Assembly: GCA_046052125.1 (NCBI GenBank)
Contig: JBJOMY010000001.1
Coordinates: 128,001 to 192,000 of the forward strand
Source: Cyanobacteriota bacterium
GTDB lineage: Bacteria > Cyanobacteriota > Cyanobacteriia > PCC-6307 > Cyanobiaceae
Length of the DNA stretch: 64,000 nucleotides
Direction of reading: 5' to 3'
Shown: one piece after another, positions 50,436 to 59,714 of the stretch
Position numbering within the stretch: position 1 is the first letter of the stretch
How the letters are laid out: each line of letters opens with the position of its first letter
Made by a program: the position numbers and the translations under genes
The notes under the pieces: model-generated
Seen by the model: only the letters and a program-made list of their open reading frames with translations
Databases searched by the model: none
What the model was told of the DNA's origin: nothing

Positions 50436-50619
50436 GCAGGGATTGGGTGAGTTGGCTCGGTCGCTGAGCAGCGCCTTTCACAAAAGAACCCCGGGCCATG
50501 GGCGCCCGGGGCCTTTGAGCCAGCGGGTCCTTGGCTGCCCGCTTCTCCACGGTCATGGCTTAGGCGAATGCTCCATGGCAAGGGGTGTCGGAACCCTTTG
50601 AGGCCTCACGCCAACTCCT

Positions 50620-50946
50620 TTGCTCGCCTTCTTTCAACGCATCACTTCCTTCATCCGTTCGCTGGTCCAGCGGGAGGCCAATTGCTCCTCAGATCTCCGC
50701 GGCCTGCCCTACCAACAGGACCATGCCCTGGCTGCCTTTGAGCAGGGTGACTGGCTCGCTGAACTGGAGCTTCTCCAGCTCGCCAACGCCCTGCAGCGCA
50801 GCGCGATCAGCCGTGGCGGCTATGACGGCCGCGCGTTTGATCTGATGGTCGCCATCGCCGATGCTCTCGAGGCTGATCACGGCTGGAGTTTTGAGCAAGC
50901 CGATGGCTGGCTCGAGCGAATGGGGCTCTGGGACGAGGAGTTCTGA
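50620..50946 (+). CDS. Hypothetical protein
   Basis: 108-aa acidic ORF with host-like codons. Confidence 0.6.
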   Translation: MLAFFQRITSFIRSLVQREANCSSDLRGLPYQQDHALAAFEQGDWLAELELLQLANALQRSAISRGGYDGRAFDLMVAIADALEADHGWSFEQADGWLERMGLWDEEF

Positions 50947-51030
50947 GCGCACCGGATGCCAAATGGAGCGACCATTTCGTCCGGTTTGATCCGCACCCTG
51001 CTCTACGCGCCCCTGGCGCGTTTCACCAGG

Positions 51031-51480
51031 TCATGCTGAGAGCACTAATGCTTCAGCAGTGGGATGATCTTTGCGAAACAAGCGATCATCGGCTGCGCGT
51101 CGGCAGGTCCGCATGAACAGTGGCATCTCAATGCCAAACGCCTGCTCAAAAAGAGCTACAACGCCTGCGGTCTGGCTCAGGCCACAGGCCGCAATGGCAT
51201 GCCCGAGCCCCTGCCGGGGCTGATCGGTGAGTGCGGCAAACAGCTTGTTGAGGCGGTGCTCCTGCAGGGCTTGCGTCAGGCTGATGCCACGCACTTGCTC
51301 AAAACTGAGATCAAGGCATTGTTTGCTGATGCCTAACAGAGCGGGCAGTTGACCGAGATCGATCGACTCTTGAAAGTGGAGCGCAAAGTACTGACGCACT
51401 GCTGCAATAATCTGCATTGGGCTCTCGCAAGCCAGGGGAACTACAGATGCACCTTGGCCTAAAGATCGCTCAATGATCAT
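51031..51480 (-). CDS. AraC-type HTH protein
   Basis: YFALHFQESIDLGQLPALLGIS...EHRLNK. Confidence 0.65.
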   Translation of the reverse strand: MIIERSLGQGASVVPLACESPMQIIAAVRQYFALHFQESIDLGQLPALLGISKQCLDLSFEQVRGISLTQALQEHRLNKLFAALTDQPRQGLGHAIAACGLSQTAGVVALFEQAFGIEMPLFMRTCRRAADDRLFRKDHPTAEALVLSA

Positions 51481-51980
51481 TCACGTCTCCTGCACCGCAG
51501 GGAGCGATGCGACCGAAGCCCATGCTGATGAGCTGGATATCAAGACGCTAAGCCATTGTTGAAATCGCCGCATTCCTCATCACAAGTTCATCTAGCGACA
51601 TCTTGCGACACATACCAACCCAAACACGGTAAATCTGTGGTGATTCAGTGCGTTACTGGCTGCAGATCCCTACACCACCATGATGGCCTTGGTCGCCTGC
51701 GGCTTCTGTTGGGCGTACCGAGGGGCATGAGGCGTCGCCAAAGCGACGCTTTTTTCGTGACCGGTTTCCAACCCAACGAGTGGCCTCCGCTCAGGCCGGT
51801 GGACGATCCAGTAGGCGTCCACCCGCTGGTGTAGAGTGAATTCGATTCAACGACCTCTCTCAGGCGGGTTTCTCTTTCAAGCGGCGAGTCTCTCGAGCTT
51901 CTGGCTTCGGTATTTCTCCACTCGACCAGTCACTTTCTTCAGGGCTATCAGCGAATCGGCTACATAATTCTGCTTATTGA

Positions 51981-52253
51981 ATGACAATTTACGTTGGCAA
52001 CCTCTCCTTCGATGCCGAAGTGGAGGACCTTCAACACCTCTTTGCTGAGTACGGCTCCGTCAGCAAGTGCAGTCTGCCGCTCGATCGCGAAACAGGTCGC
52101 AAGCGTGGCTTCGCCTTTGTCGACATGGCCGACGCCAACGCGGAAAGCAAAGCCATTGCTGACCTTCAGGACGTGGAGTGGATGGGCCGCTCGATCCGGG
52201 TCAATAAGGCCGAGCCTCGCCCCGCACCTGCATTCGCCAACAGCCGCTGGTGA
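51981..52253 (+). CDS. rbp: RRM RNA-binding protein (cyanobacterial Rbp)
   Basis: RNP2 IYVGNL, RNP1 RGFAFV. Confidence 0.95.
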   Translation: MTIYVGNLSFDAEVEDLQHLFAEYGSVSKCSLPLDRETGRKRGFAFVDMADANAESKAIADLQDVEWMGRSIRVNKAEPRPAPAFANSRW

Positions 52254-52442
52254 ACTCGTTCCCAACAGCTGCAGCGCTGTTGCGCTCCAATGGCCGGCCC
52301 TGCGGGTTCGCTGTGTGGAGCTCAGCCAGGGATGTCAGCGGTGGCAATGCCCAGCCTGAGGACAACACAACACCGATGGGCGAACCGTCACCGGCGCCCT
52401 CAGGACATGACCCTCAATGGATTCCAACACTCTGAACAACAC

Positions 52443-52586
52443 ATGACTCAATCTTCCGGACGCTTTGGTTTTGTTGAATTCGCAGAAACCTGGAATGGCC
52501 GCCTCGCCATGCTCGGTTTCGTGATCGGCCTCGGCACTGAGCTGCTCACTGGCCAGGGAATCCTGTCCCAGATCGGCCTCGGCTGA
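52443..52586 (+). CDS. hli: High-light-inducible protein
   Basis: AETWNGRLAMLGF chlorophyll-binding motif, 47 aa. Confidence 0.95.
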   Translation: MTQSSGRFGFVEFAETWNGRLAMLGFVIGLGTELLTGQGILSQIGLG

Positions 52587-52685
52587 AGCGGCGAGCAACT
52601 CTCCCCCCGAAGAGGTGTTCAAGAGCGTTGAGCTCTTGAACGCGTGCGTTTGCGACCGGACGATCTCCGGGATTTGAATCTTCAG

Positions 52686-52716
52686 ACCCCTGGGCATTGC
52701 TCAGGGGTTTTGTTTT
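52686..52716 (+). terminator. Intrinsic terminator between convergent hli and integrase
   Basis: ACCCCTGGG/CTCAGGGGT stem plus T-rich tail. Confidence 0.7.
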
Positions 52717-52741
52717 GGTTGTTTTGGTGGCATGGCTTGCT

Positions 52742-54082
52742 TCAACCAAGGCCTGCTGCCTTGAGCTTCATCGCCATCTCCAGCAGTTCCGGTGTGATGC
52801 CTTCCGGTAGCGCAGGAGGTGTCGAGAACACAGACGGAGCCTGCTCAAAGGGCTGTATCCGGTTCGCAGCAACGCCACCACCGCTCCGACGCCGCTGCAG
52901 CGACTCCTTCCGGCGGCTTGAGCTCAGCCAGCGCAGGTAAATCCGGCGGTGCACATCGAGCCCATGGCCCATCCAACAGGCCATGTCGTCGTCGAAGGCA
53001 TCAGCGGTTTCAGATGAGGTGGCGCAGCGAATCGCATAGGCGTGCCTGAGGTCATAAGGACGCACCCAGTCCATGCCGTCACCGTCCGCCACTGGGGCCC
53101 AAAGCTTCTGCAGGCCCTTCCGCTGAAACTCCTTGTAGAGGGAGTTGGAGACAGCCACGTTGTTCACGGCGATCTTCACGCCGGACACTTCCGCAAAGCG
53201 CACCTTCCAGCGGGCATTGAGCTGACCGTGGAACTGCTCCCAGTTCGCCCGCAGGCCATAGCGCTCCACCCAGTCGTCCGGAACGGCCGGTGCGAAGTGC
53301 TCGCCGGTCTTGGTCTTCATGTCACCGGGGATGCTGATCCAGCCCTGGCTGTCGATCCCCTCGGCATGCCACAGCTCATGAGGCCTGAGGCCATAGGTGG
53401 CGATGCAGCCAAACACCCACTGGTGAAACGGCTCTAGGCGGTCGAGCCAGTGCTGGAGATCCTCGTCGGATGGAATGACGCGTACCCGCATCGAGGAGGC
53501 CTTGCGGATCTTCTCGGCCGCCCCTTTCGGGCGCATGTCGCGCAAGCGTTGCAGTACAGCGGTGAGATCCATCAGGCCGCTGCGATGGATCTGGGAAAGG
53601 GTCTCGATCCGCCGGTTGAAGCTCTTGAGCTGAAGGCGTGGATCGTGCTCCAGGACCCATGCCTGCAGCTTCTTCGGATCCACAGGCCCTCGGAACCGGG
53701 CGATCCGTTTGTTCAGGTCGTTAATCACGTGGGCACGACTGCCCTCCTTGCAGATCCTGAGCTTGATGTCGCCGATACAGGCTTCGGCAAGGGCAGACCA
53801 GTCGCTGCCTGGAAGAGCCGGTTGCTCTGATGGCGCAGCAGGCCAGCGTCCCTGGCGGTGGCCGTGGATGCATAGGTCCCGCGCCTCCTCGATGTCATCC
53901 CGATTGCACCAACGCATCGGTTTGAGCGAAAACTCACCGAGCTTTCTGCCTTCCTCCATCTCGCGCACGTAGATGAACGGGCTACCTGGATGGCGCCTGA
54001 TCCGAAATCGGGAGTGCCGGACTTTGAGCTCATGCACACACTGGTCCCAGAACGGCAGGCTTGGAGGACGGCTCTCAGGCAT
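52742..54082 (-). CDS. Tyrosine recombinase (integrase)
   Basis: YGLRPHE (R), KTKTG (K), YDLRH, MGH, HRRIY (Y); next to the tRNA 3' end. Confidence 0.92.
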   Translation of the reverse strand: MPESRPPSLPFWDQCVHELKVRHSRFRIRRHPGSPFIYVREMEEGRKLGEFSLKPMRWCNRDDIEEARDLCIHGHRQGRWPAAPSEQPALPGSDWSALAEACIGDIKLRICKEGSRAHVINDLNKRIARFRGPVDPKKLQAWVLEHDPRLQLKSFNRRIETLSQIHRSGLMDLTAVLQRLRDMRPKGAAEKIRKASSMRVRVIPSDEDLQHWLDRLEPFHQWVFGCIATYGLRPHELWHAEGIDSQGWISIPGDMKTKTGEHFAPAVPDDWVERYGLRANWEQFHGQLNARWKVRFAEVSGVKIAVNNVAVSNSLYKEFQRKGLQKLWAPVADGDGMDWVRPYDLRHAYAIRCATSSETADAFDDDMACWMGHGLDVHRRIYLRWLSSSRRKESLQRRRSGGGVAANRIQPFEQAPSVFSTPPALPEGITPELLEMAMKLKAAGLG

Positions 54083-54120
54083 GGGATCCGTGCGACGCAG
54101 GACCCAGTGAGTGTTCCCCA

Positions 54121-54148
54121 AAAACGTGCAAAGTGCTTTGCACGTTTT
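54121..54148. promoter_or_regulatory. Perfect 13-bp inverted repeat upstream of the integrase
   Basis: AAAACGTGCAAAG-tg-CTTTGCACGTTTT. Confidence 0.75.
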
Positions 54149-54262
54149 GGCTACAAGCAGCCTCAAGTCGTCACAAGTGGCTCACACTGGTCCCGGCTTT
54201 GGAATCCCTGAAAACCCAGGCCCAGACAGCAAAAAGCCCCGCCGAAGCAGGGCACAGAGCAA

Positions 54263-54336
54263 TGGCTCGGGGGAGACTTGAACTCCCGACCTTGGGGTTA
54301 TGAATCCCACGCTCTAACCAGCTGAGCTACCGAGCC
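54263..54336 (-). tRNA. tRNA-Met (CAT), elongator type
   Basis: GGCTCGG acceptor stem, D arm TAGCTCAGCTGGTTAGAGC, anticodon loop TTCATAA, T arm GTTCAAG. Confidence 0.95.
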
Positions 54337-54390
54337 GCGGTGTTTTGATTGTAGAGGATCGTGCCCACGGATCCCTGTGTTGCTGCGGGT

Positions 54391-55446
54391 TCAGGCACGA
54401 GCCGGTAGGAACTGGAGCGGGTTCACTGCACCGCGACCGGCCGGGCGAATCTCGAAGTGGAGATGCGGGCCGGTGCTACGGCCGGTGCTGCCCATCTGAG
54501 AGATAGGTGTGCCCTGGGCCACCTGCTGCCCGACGCGCACCAAGATGCGGCTGTTGTGGGCGTACCGACTGATGGAGCCATCGACATGGCGCAGCTCCAC
54601 CAGATAGCCGTAGCCGCCGTCGTTCCAACCAGCAGACACCACGACGCCCGCACGAGCTGCGTGAATGGGCGTGCCTACGTTGTTGGCGATGTCGATGCCT
54701 TGGTGCATCCGGCCCCAACGCCAGCCATAACCGGAGGAGAAAATCCCTTTGGTGGGCCAAATCCAACCGGTATCGGAAAACTCAGCCGCGGGATCGCTAC
54801 CGCCCAGGCCGAAATCAGGCTGATCAGGCCAGCTCAGACCGCCGGAGGCAGAAGGCTTGAGGCCCAACACCATGCGACTGCGGCCTGGGGTGGAATTGGC
54901 CACGTGGATCTGGGTGCCAACCACCAGGCGGGCGGCCTGCAGACCGGGGTTCAGGCGTAGGAGCTCGCCAATGCTCAGGTTGTAGCGAGAGGCGATCTTG
55001 GCGAGGCTGTCGCCGAAGCGAATCCGAGGCGCTTCCTGGGGCTCCGGAGGAGCCGCCAGGGGTGGAGTGCGGCGCAGATCGCTGGTGTCGATCGCGGCGA
55101 GCTGCTTCACTTTCTTGCTGCTCTGGCTGGGCAGCACCAGCCAGTCACCGCTGGTGAATTGGTGGTCTTCGTTGACGTCGTTGAGGTTGGCGAGCTTGGT
55201 TTCGTCTTGGGCAAGCTTCTCGGCCAGCTCTTCGATGCTGATCGGGGTGCGCACCTTCACCCAGAGGCGATCGGTGGTGGCAGGCAGGGCTGCGATTAGG
55301 AGCTGATCAGAGCCGGGGAGTTCAGAAAAGGAGGAAGCCGAATACTGGGGGCGCGAATCAGCCAGTGACGGGATGACAACACTGCCAGCGACGCCAATGG
55401 CGCTAGTACTGGCAATGGTGGTCAATAAGAACTGATAAGGCTTCAT
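54391..55446 (-). CDS. LysM + M23 peptidase
   Basis: GDSLAKIASRYNLS LysM; HQGID, YAH, HLHFE. Confidence 0.92.
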   Translation of the reverse strand: MKPYQFLLTTIASTSAIGVAGSVVIPSLADSRPQYSASSFSELPGSDQLLIAALPATTDRLWVKVRTPISIEELAEKLAQDETKLANLNDVNEDHQFTSGDWLVLPSQSSKKVKQLAAIDTSDLRRTPPLAAPPEPQEAPRIRFGDSLAKIASRYNLSIGELLRLNPGLQAARLVVGTQIHVANSTPGRSRMVLGLKPSASGGLSWPDQPDFGLGGSDPAAEFSDTGWIWPTKGIFSSGYGWRWGRMHQGIDIANNVGTPIHAARAGVVVSAGWNDGGYGYLVELRHVDGSISRYAHNSRILVRVGQQVAQGTPISQMGSTGRSTGPHLHFEIRPAGRGAVNPLQFLPARA

Positions 55447-55591
55447 GCAAATTGGCCAGAGGTCAAAGCCCGTCGGAGAAGCCAACATCCGGGAGCTGCG
55501 GGGAGAGTAACGGCTCGAACACAACGGCGCAAGTGCGCGTGGTCACTCTTTTGGTTGACCAAAGGATAAAAAGCTGTGCTAGCGGGGGATC

Positions 55592-56068
55592 TCAGCCCTC
55601 TCCGTTCAACTGACGCAGGGCCTCAAACAGCACCACGCCGGCGGCCGTGGCGAGGTTGAGGCTGCGTACGCCGCCGCCGTGCTCAATTGAGCCGGGCATC
55701 GGGATCGCTAGGCAGCCATCCGCCTCAGCCACCACCTCAGCGGGCAAACCGCTGGTTTCACGGCCGAACAGGAGCCAGTCGTCGCTGCGGTAGCGCAGTT
55801 GCGTGTAGGGATGGCTGCCGTTGCGGCTCAGGGCCAGTAAACGGCCGCCATGGGCCAGCTGATGGGCGCGAAAGGCGTCCCAGTCCGGGTGACGATGCAA
55901 TTGCACCCAAGGCCAGTAGTCGAGCCCGGCGCGCTTGAGGGTGCGATCGCTGATTTCGAAGCCCAGCGGTTCAATTAAATGCAACTCCGTGCAGGTGGCG
56001 GCGCAGGTGCGGGCCACATTGCCGGTGTTGGGCGGTATTTCGGGCTGGTAGAGCACCAGGCGGGGCAT
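55592..56068 (-). CDS. trmL: tRNA (cytidine(34)-2'-O)-methyltransferase
   Basis: PEIPPNTGN, RAGLDYW, FGRETSGL, RSLNL. Confidence 0.93.
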   Translation of the reverse strand: MPRLVLYQPEIPPNTGNVARTCAATCTELHLIEPLGFEISDRTLKRAGLDYWPWVQLHRHPDWDAFRAHQLAHGGRLLALSRNGSHPYTQLRYRSDDWLLFGRETSGLPAEVVAEADGCLAIPMPGSIEHGGGVRSLNLATAAGVVLFEALRQLNGEG

Positions 56069-56070
56069 CG

Positions 56071-56655
56071 CTAGCTGGGGGGAACGGGAAGGCTGTGCTC
56101 CATCAGATTGAGCGCCCGCCCCGCCACCACCAGCCAGGCGCTGTGGCAGTGCTGCATGAGCACCTGTTGCAGGGATCCGAGCCGATCGCGGAACAAGCCG
56201 CCCACGGCGGTGGCAGGCACCACGCCCCAGCCGGTCTCCTCCACCACGAGCACCACAGGTGCGCGCTGAGCGAGCAAGCCCTGGATCAAGTGGTCACAGC
56301 GCTCCTTCCATTGCTCAGTGGTGTCGTCGAGATGCCAGGCCAGCCAGGTGCCGAGCGAATCGATCAAGAGCAAGGGCGCCGAAGCGGACTCAGCCGCCAA
56401 GGCCTGCAGCTGCTCGCTGAGTTCAGCTCCCACCTCCAGAGCCCGCCAGCCATCCGGCCGCCGCTGTTGATGCAGGGCCACCCGCTCACTCCAGCCGGGA
56501 TCACTGCCAGCGGCGGGCCCAGTGGCGAGGTACAGCACCGGACCCTGCCAGCGTTGGGCCAGATGCTCGGCCCAGGCGCTTTTGCCGCCCCGGCTGGGGC
56601 CGCTCACCAGCATCAGTCCGCGCTCAGGCAGCTCAAGCCGGGGCTCAACCACCAT
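56071..56655 (-). CDS. cobU: Adenosylcobinamide kinase/guanylyltransferase
   Basis: GPSRGGKS, YLAT, HQQRRP, EETGWGVVP, FRDRLG. Confidence 0.9.
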   Translation of the reverse strand: MVVEPRLELPERGLMLVSGPSRGGKSAWAEHLAQRWQGPVLYLATGPAAGSDPGWSERVALHQQRRPDGWRALEVGAELSEQLQALAAESASAPLLLIDSLGTWLAWHLDDTTEQWKERCDHLIQGLLAQRAPVVLVVEETGWGVVPATAVGGLFRDRLGSLQQVLMQHCHSAWLVVAGRALNLMEHSLPVPPS

Positions 56656-57784
56656 CCATGCCACGCAGGGTGGCAACGGCAGAAGGCGAAACGCGGTTGA
56701 GGTAGCGGAAGATCCAGTACTTGAAGATCGTGGCGAGCACCACCGGGAAGGTGGCAATGAACAGCAGGATGAAGTTCTCCTCCGCCGGCAAGCCCAGGTG
56801 GTGGGCGATGCCATCCAGGAGCACCGTCCAGCCCTCGGGGCTGTGGAAGCCCACGAAGATGTCGGTGAACAGGATGATCGCGAAGGCTTTGGCGCTGTCG
56901 CTCAGGCCGTACACCGCCTCATCGAGGAAGCCGCGCAGCACCTGCAGGTCGCGCTGACCGAACACACACACCAGGGTGAAGCCCACCAGAGCTGCCAGGT
57001 CGGCGAGCACGTTTTTGGTGGCTTCGAGGCTTTCACCATCGGCCTCTTCCTTGAGCTCGCTCGCCCGGCTCATCAGGGCCGTCTGGATTTCTTCGCGCGT
57101 TGGTGGTGTCTTGCCCTCGAGCAGCGCCTCAAATTCCAGCTCCTGCTGGTAGATCCGCAGCTTGTTCACCGCCTTCTCTTGAAGGTGCGGCTTGGTGTAG
57201 CTGAGGAAGGGGATGTCGGGCGCGAACTGATCCAACAGCGGTGAGATCACCAGGCTGCGGGAGGTTTGCTGCACGATCAACGGCACCAGGATCAACAGCA
57301 AGAAGATCCGCAGCGACACCAGCGTGGAGCTGCGCCGGCGCCGGAATCCCTCGAGCATCGCCGTTTCGGCGTCGGGATCGAGCTGGCGGCGCACGCCGTC
57401 GAACACTCCCAGGAGGCTGCGGGGCAGCAGCTCAGGGCTGCGGGAGAGGCTGGTGCTGCCGCTGCGGCGCTCGTAGCGCGACAACACCGATTGGATTAGC
57501 TGCAGCTGGCGCAGCTCCTGGCTGTCGAGTTCGCTGCGGTGGCTCTGCAGGCCGGGAATCACCTCCTGGCACACCTGCAACGCCGCCCGGAAGCGGCGCA
57601 GCATCTGGGCCTGCGCCTGCTTGGGGATGCTCAGCTGCAGCTCAGGCCGCACCGGCCGGTCGTTGTAGTACTCGAGCTCAAGGCTCTGGATCAACAGCGC
57701 GGCTTCATAGGCGCGCTCGAGATTCAGGCTCAGGTCGCTAGTGCTGGCGCGATCGAAGGCGCCCATCCAGTCGGTCAACCCCAT
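56645..57784 (-). CDS. pxcA: Proton extrusion protein PxcA (CemA)
   Basis: LSDSAKAF, DIFVGFHSPEGW, FKYWIFRYLNRVSPS. Confidence 0.95.
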   Translation of the reverse strand: MGLTDWMGAFDRASTSDLSLNLERAYEAALLIQSLELEYYNDRPVRPELQLSIPKQAQAQMLRRFRAALQVCQEVIPGLQSHRSELDSQELRQLQLIQSVLSRYERRSGSTSLSRSPELLPRSLLGVFDGVRRQLDPDAETAMLEGFRRRRSSTLVSLRIFLLLILVPLIVQQTSRSLVISPLLDQFAPDIPFLSYTKPHLQEKAVNKLRIYQQELEFEALLEGKTPPTREEIQTALMSRASELKEEADGESLEATKNVLADLAALVGFTLVCVFGQRDLQVLRGFLDEAVYGLSDSAKAFAIILFTDIFVGFHSPEGWTVLLDGIAHHLGLPAEENFILLFIATFPVVLATIFKYWIFRYLNRVSPSAVATLRGMDGG

Positions 57785-57791
57785 GGCCGGT

Positions 57792-58475
57792 TCAGCGGGA
57801 GAAGACCCACCAAGTGATCATCGGCACCAGTGTGCCAACCACGAGCAACACCACAACCCACATGAAGGCATTGCTGGACTGCGTTTCCTCACGGGTGGGG
57901 ATATTCGTTTCCAGCGGCAGGCGTTCGGCCAGCTGGGGCGGACCGGGATCTTCGCCGCCATCGAGGACCACCGCTAGGCGATCGAGGGCATCGAGGCTGG
58001 CCTGGCGGTAGCGGGCGCCTTCACGCAGGGGCAGCCCCATGGTGCTGATGGCGGTGCTCGAGAGCAGCTCCGAAGGCAGCTGGCCGCTCAGATCCGCTGA
58101 GGCCACCACAGCGGCGCTGTTGTTCTGCGATTCGATCAACAGCAGCAACAGGCCGCTGTCGCCCTGTTGCGCGCTCCAACGCTCCAGTAGCTGTTCGCCG
58201 AGGGCATCAAGGCTGAGGCCGTAATCGAGGCGGCGCAGCGTGACCAGGCGGGCATCGATGTGATCACCGCCGAACTCCTGCAGGCGGCGATCGAGTTCGG
58301 TATCGGCCGCGCGGCTGAGCAGATCGGCCTGATCGAGCACGTGGCTGGCGGGCAGCTCGGCGGGGAACTCAGCCAGACCAGAGGCCCAGGCAGCTGCCGG
58401 CAGGGTGAGGCCGGCCACCAACAGCACGGCACTCATCAGAGCAGCCCACAGACGAGCGCGAATCACGGGCCCCAC
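57792..58475 (-). CDS. psb32: TPM-domain photosystem II repair protein Psb32
   Basis: VLDQADLLSR, RRLDYG, GEDPGPP, C-terminal TM. Confidence 0.85.
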   Translation of the reverse strand: MGPVIRARLWAALMSAVLLVAGLTLPAAAWASGLAEFPAELPASHVLDQADLLSRAADTELDRRLQEFGGDHIDARLVTLRRLDYGLSLDALGEQLLERWSAQQGDSGLLLLLIESQNNSAAVVASADLSGQLPSELLSSTAISTMGLPLREGARYRQASLDALDRLAVVLDGGEDPGPPQLAERLPLETNIPTREETQSSNAFMWVVVLLVVGTLVPMITWWVFSR

Positions 58476-58507
58476 AGAATCGTCGATCGGATCGCCACAG
58501 TCTGCCG

Positions 58508-58942
58508 TCAGCTGGCCAGGCTGTCGCGGTTGAGGATGGCCACCACCTCAACAATCACGCGGGCCCGCTCCGGCTCCACGGCCAGTGCGTCGCTGAGGGT
58601 GTGCAGGAAGGTCACCTCTGCGCTGGATTCCACGTGGTCGGCCTGGGTGAGGGCGGCGGCCACCGCCAGGGCGGTTTCGGCCTGTTGGGTGTTGAGCAGC
58701 GGTGCGGCCTGGGCCACCAGCGCTTCCCAGCCCTGCAGGCGCAGGAGCTGAAGCAAGTGGTCGAGCAAGGCACCCATGGCCTGGTCACCCAGCTCACAGA
58801 AGGGCTGGCGGTATTCCAGCTGTTGGCGCAGGCTGCGCGCTTCGAGGGTGGAGAGCTCGCCATCGCAGGCCACGGCCGCCAGAGCCACGGCGGCAAAGGC
58901 CTGGGCCGCTGTGCTGATCGGGGTCGGATCCGGATGGCCCAT
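58508..58942 (-). CDS. TerB-family protein
   Basis: AAVACDGEL, ADHVESSAE. Confidence 0.75.
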   Translation of the reverse strand: MGHPDPTPISTAAQAFAAVALAAVACDGELSTLEARSLRQQLEYRQPFCELGDQAMGALLDHLLQLLRLQGWEALVAQAAPLLNTQQAETALAVAAALTQADHVESSAEVTFLHTLSDALAVEPERARVIVEVVAILNRDSLAS

Positions 58943-59051
58943 GGAACGGTTTGCGCTCGGCGATGCCTCCATTGCAGCGTCCATTGCCCCCGGCGCCAAC
59001 GCGGGATCCGGCGGTTGTGAGAGGGTGCACACCAGCTCAGCTGTTGCCGCA

Positions 59052-59714
59052 ATGGGTCTCGCTGCCCGCCTCTGCCTGGGTGCCGGGATCACCGGCCTCG
59101 GCCTGTGTGTGGTCAACCAGCTCACGGCGCCGGAGCTCACGCCCGCCCTGGAGCGCGCCGGCGTGTTGGCCAGTTTTCTGGCGGTGGGCTTGATGCTCGT
59201 GTCGATCCTCTGGACCCGGGCCACTCCGGTGGCGCCGGAACGGGTGGCCTTGGGGGGCGAGCAGGGCCTGCAGATGGCGGACGATCTGCCGGAGTCCCTG
59301 CGCCAGGAATTGGCCTGGGGAAGTCAGATGCTGCTCACCGCCACCCCAGCGGCCACGGTGCTGCTCTTCTGGCGCGGGCGCACCGTGCTGCAACGCGGTG
59401 TGCTCGGCCCGGGAGGCTTTGTGCCAGGTGCGATCACCGAGCGGGCCTGGACTACCGAGAAGGCGATCGGGTTGGTGAACCTGAAGCTCTATCCCGGCCG
59501 GGATGAATTCAAGGCCCTACCCGAAGGCATCCCGGCACTGATCGTGCAGCCGATCGGTCGCGAAGGGGTGATGCTGTTGGCGGGATGGTCGCCGCGCTGC
59601 TTCAGCCGCAGCGATGAGGCCTGGCTGGAGGGCTGGAGCCTCAAGCTCAGAAGCGCACTGCAGGGGTGGAGCGAGCCGGCTTCGGCTGACCCTTCTGTTT
59701 CGGCGGCAGGGTGA
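59052..59714 (+). CDS. Cofactor assembly of complex C subunit B (CCB4-like)
   Basis: ELAWGSQMLLTAT, LVNLKLYPGRDEF, RCFSRSDEAW. Confidence 0.82.
   Translation: MGLAARLCLGAGITGLGLCVVNQLTAPELTPALERAGVLASFLAVGLMLVSILWTRATPVAPERVALGGEQGLQMADDLPESLRQELAWGSQMLLTATPAATVLLFWRGRTVLQRGVLGPGGFVPGAITERAWTTEKAIGLVNLKLYPGRDEFKALPEGIPALIVQPIGREGVMLLAGWSPRCFSRSDEAWLEGWSLKLRSALQGWSEPASADPSVSAAG

Larger units (their letters stand above)
47091..50550. repeat. Copy B of the duplicated module
   Basis: See copy A at 23437-25890. Confidence 0.92.
31921..54262. mobile_element. Integrative element at tRNA-Met (core region; left boundary undetermined)
   Basis: Integrase beside the tRNA 3' end; replication, recombination and sigma genes; accessory DNA continues left to at least 22 kb. 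Confidence 0.8.

Noticed and set aside
31921..54082. Intact prophage or conjugative ICE
   Set aside because: No recognisable capsid, terminase, tail, lysis, relaxase, coupling protein or T4SS genes in the window.
54263..54336. tRNA-Ile2 or initiator tRNA-fMet
   Set aside because: The G1-C72 pair and lack of three G-C pairs at the end of the anticodon stem exclude fMet. The GGCTCGG acceptor stem favours elongator Met, although Ile2 was not formally tested.
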